Source of the DNA: Sphaerodactylus townsendi
Taxonomy: Eukaryota
Direction: 5' to 3'
NCBI RefSeq assembly: GCF_021028975.2
Contig: NC_059433.1
Coordinates: 2,480,001 to 2,544,000, forward strand
DNA: 64,000 nt
Under the pieces are notes generated by a model. That model was not told where the DNA came from, made no database searches, and was given only the letters and a program-made list of their open reading frames with translations. Positions within the stretch are counted from its first letter, which is position 1, and each line of letters opens with the position of its first letter. Of the stretch, positions 63,641-64,000 are shown piece by piece. Both the position numbers and the translations under genes were made by a program.

Positions 63641-63913
63641 ATCCCATGTCGATGGGCTGTGAGCCACAGCCTGAGAGCCAAAAGGCAGGAGCCCTTTGGA
63701 TTGTGCCCAGATGTCTATATCTGATGGGGGAAAGGAGACAGAGACTCAGCTATCCCTTGTGCAGCTGGCAACAGGTTTCCCAGACTTCCTCCCTCTGTTC
63801 TCATGGTGACTGTTTTTCCATTCATTTATATGGGCAACTCTTTACAGGTAGGCTTTGATTTTTTGTTTGTTTCCCATCTAACTGGGATGAAACTTTCAGC
63901 ATTTCCACTATGT

Positions 63914-64000
63914 CAGGGGTCTTCAAACTATGGCCCTCCAGATGTTCATGGACTACAATTCTCATCAGCCCCTGCCAGCATGGCCAAGTGGCAGGGCTGA
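63914..64000. mobile_element. Palindromic hAT MITE cut by window end
   Basis: caggggtcttcaaacta...ccagatgttcatggactacaatt. Confidence 0.85.

Overview
Vertebrate genomic DNA, almost certainly squamate and probably gecko (Squam3-like and 5S-derived SINEs, gecko-type palindromic hAT MITEs), from a gapped assembly with six N-runs. I cannot support any host protein-coding gene. The window is a dense, nested set of decayed transposable elements. It holds remnants of several Ty3/Gypsy chromoviruses (Tf1/sushi, PEG10-like), two AT-rich L1 families, five RTE-X-like LINE copies (one near full length with TSD), L2, CR1, a Penelope-like element, a Dong/R4 tail, hAT, Tc2 and Harbinger MITEs, a Helitron-like element and a probable ERV solo LTR. 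The strongest hidden signal is in the Gypsy LTRs. All four 5'-LTR/leader junctions lack a tRNA primer-binding site. Each instead carries a family-specific 11-nt sequence complementary to the predicted first 11 nt of its own transcript (Tf1-type self-priming). Most LTRs also have an inverted repeat straddling the predicted TSS that could mask the 3' copy of that primer. Other notable structures are a PEG10-like -1 frameshift pseudoknot inactivated by one CpG transition and a twin-priming-type 5' inversion in the Penelope-like element. Family names come from motif recognition only; no database search was run, and many boundaries are approximate.
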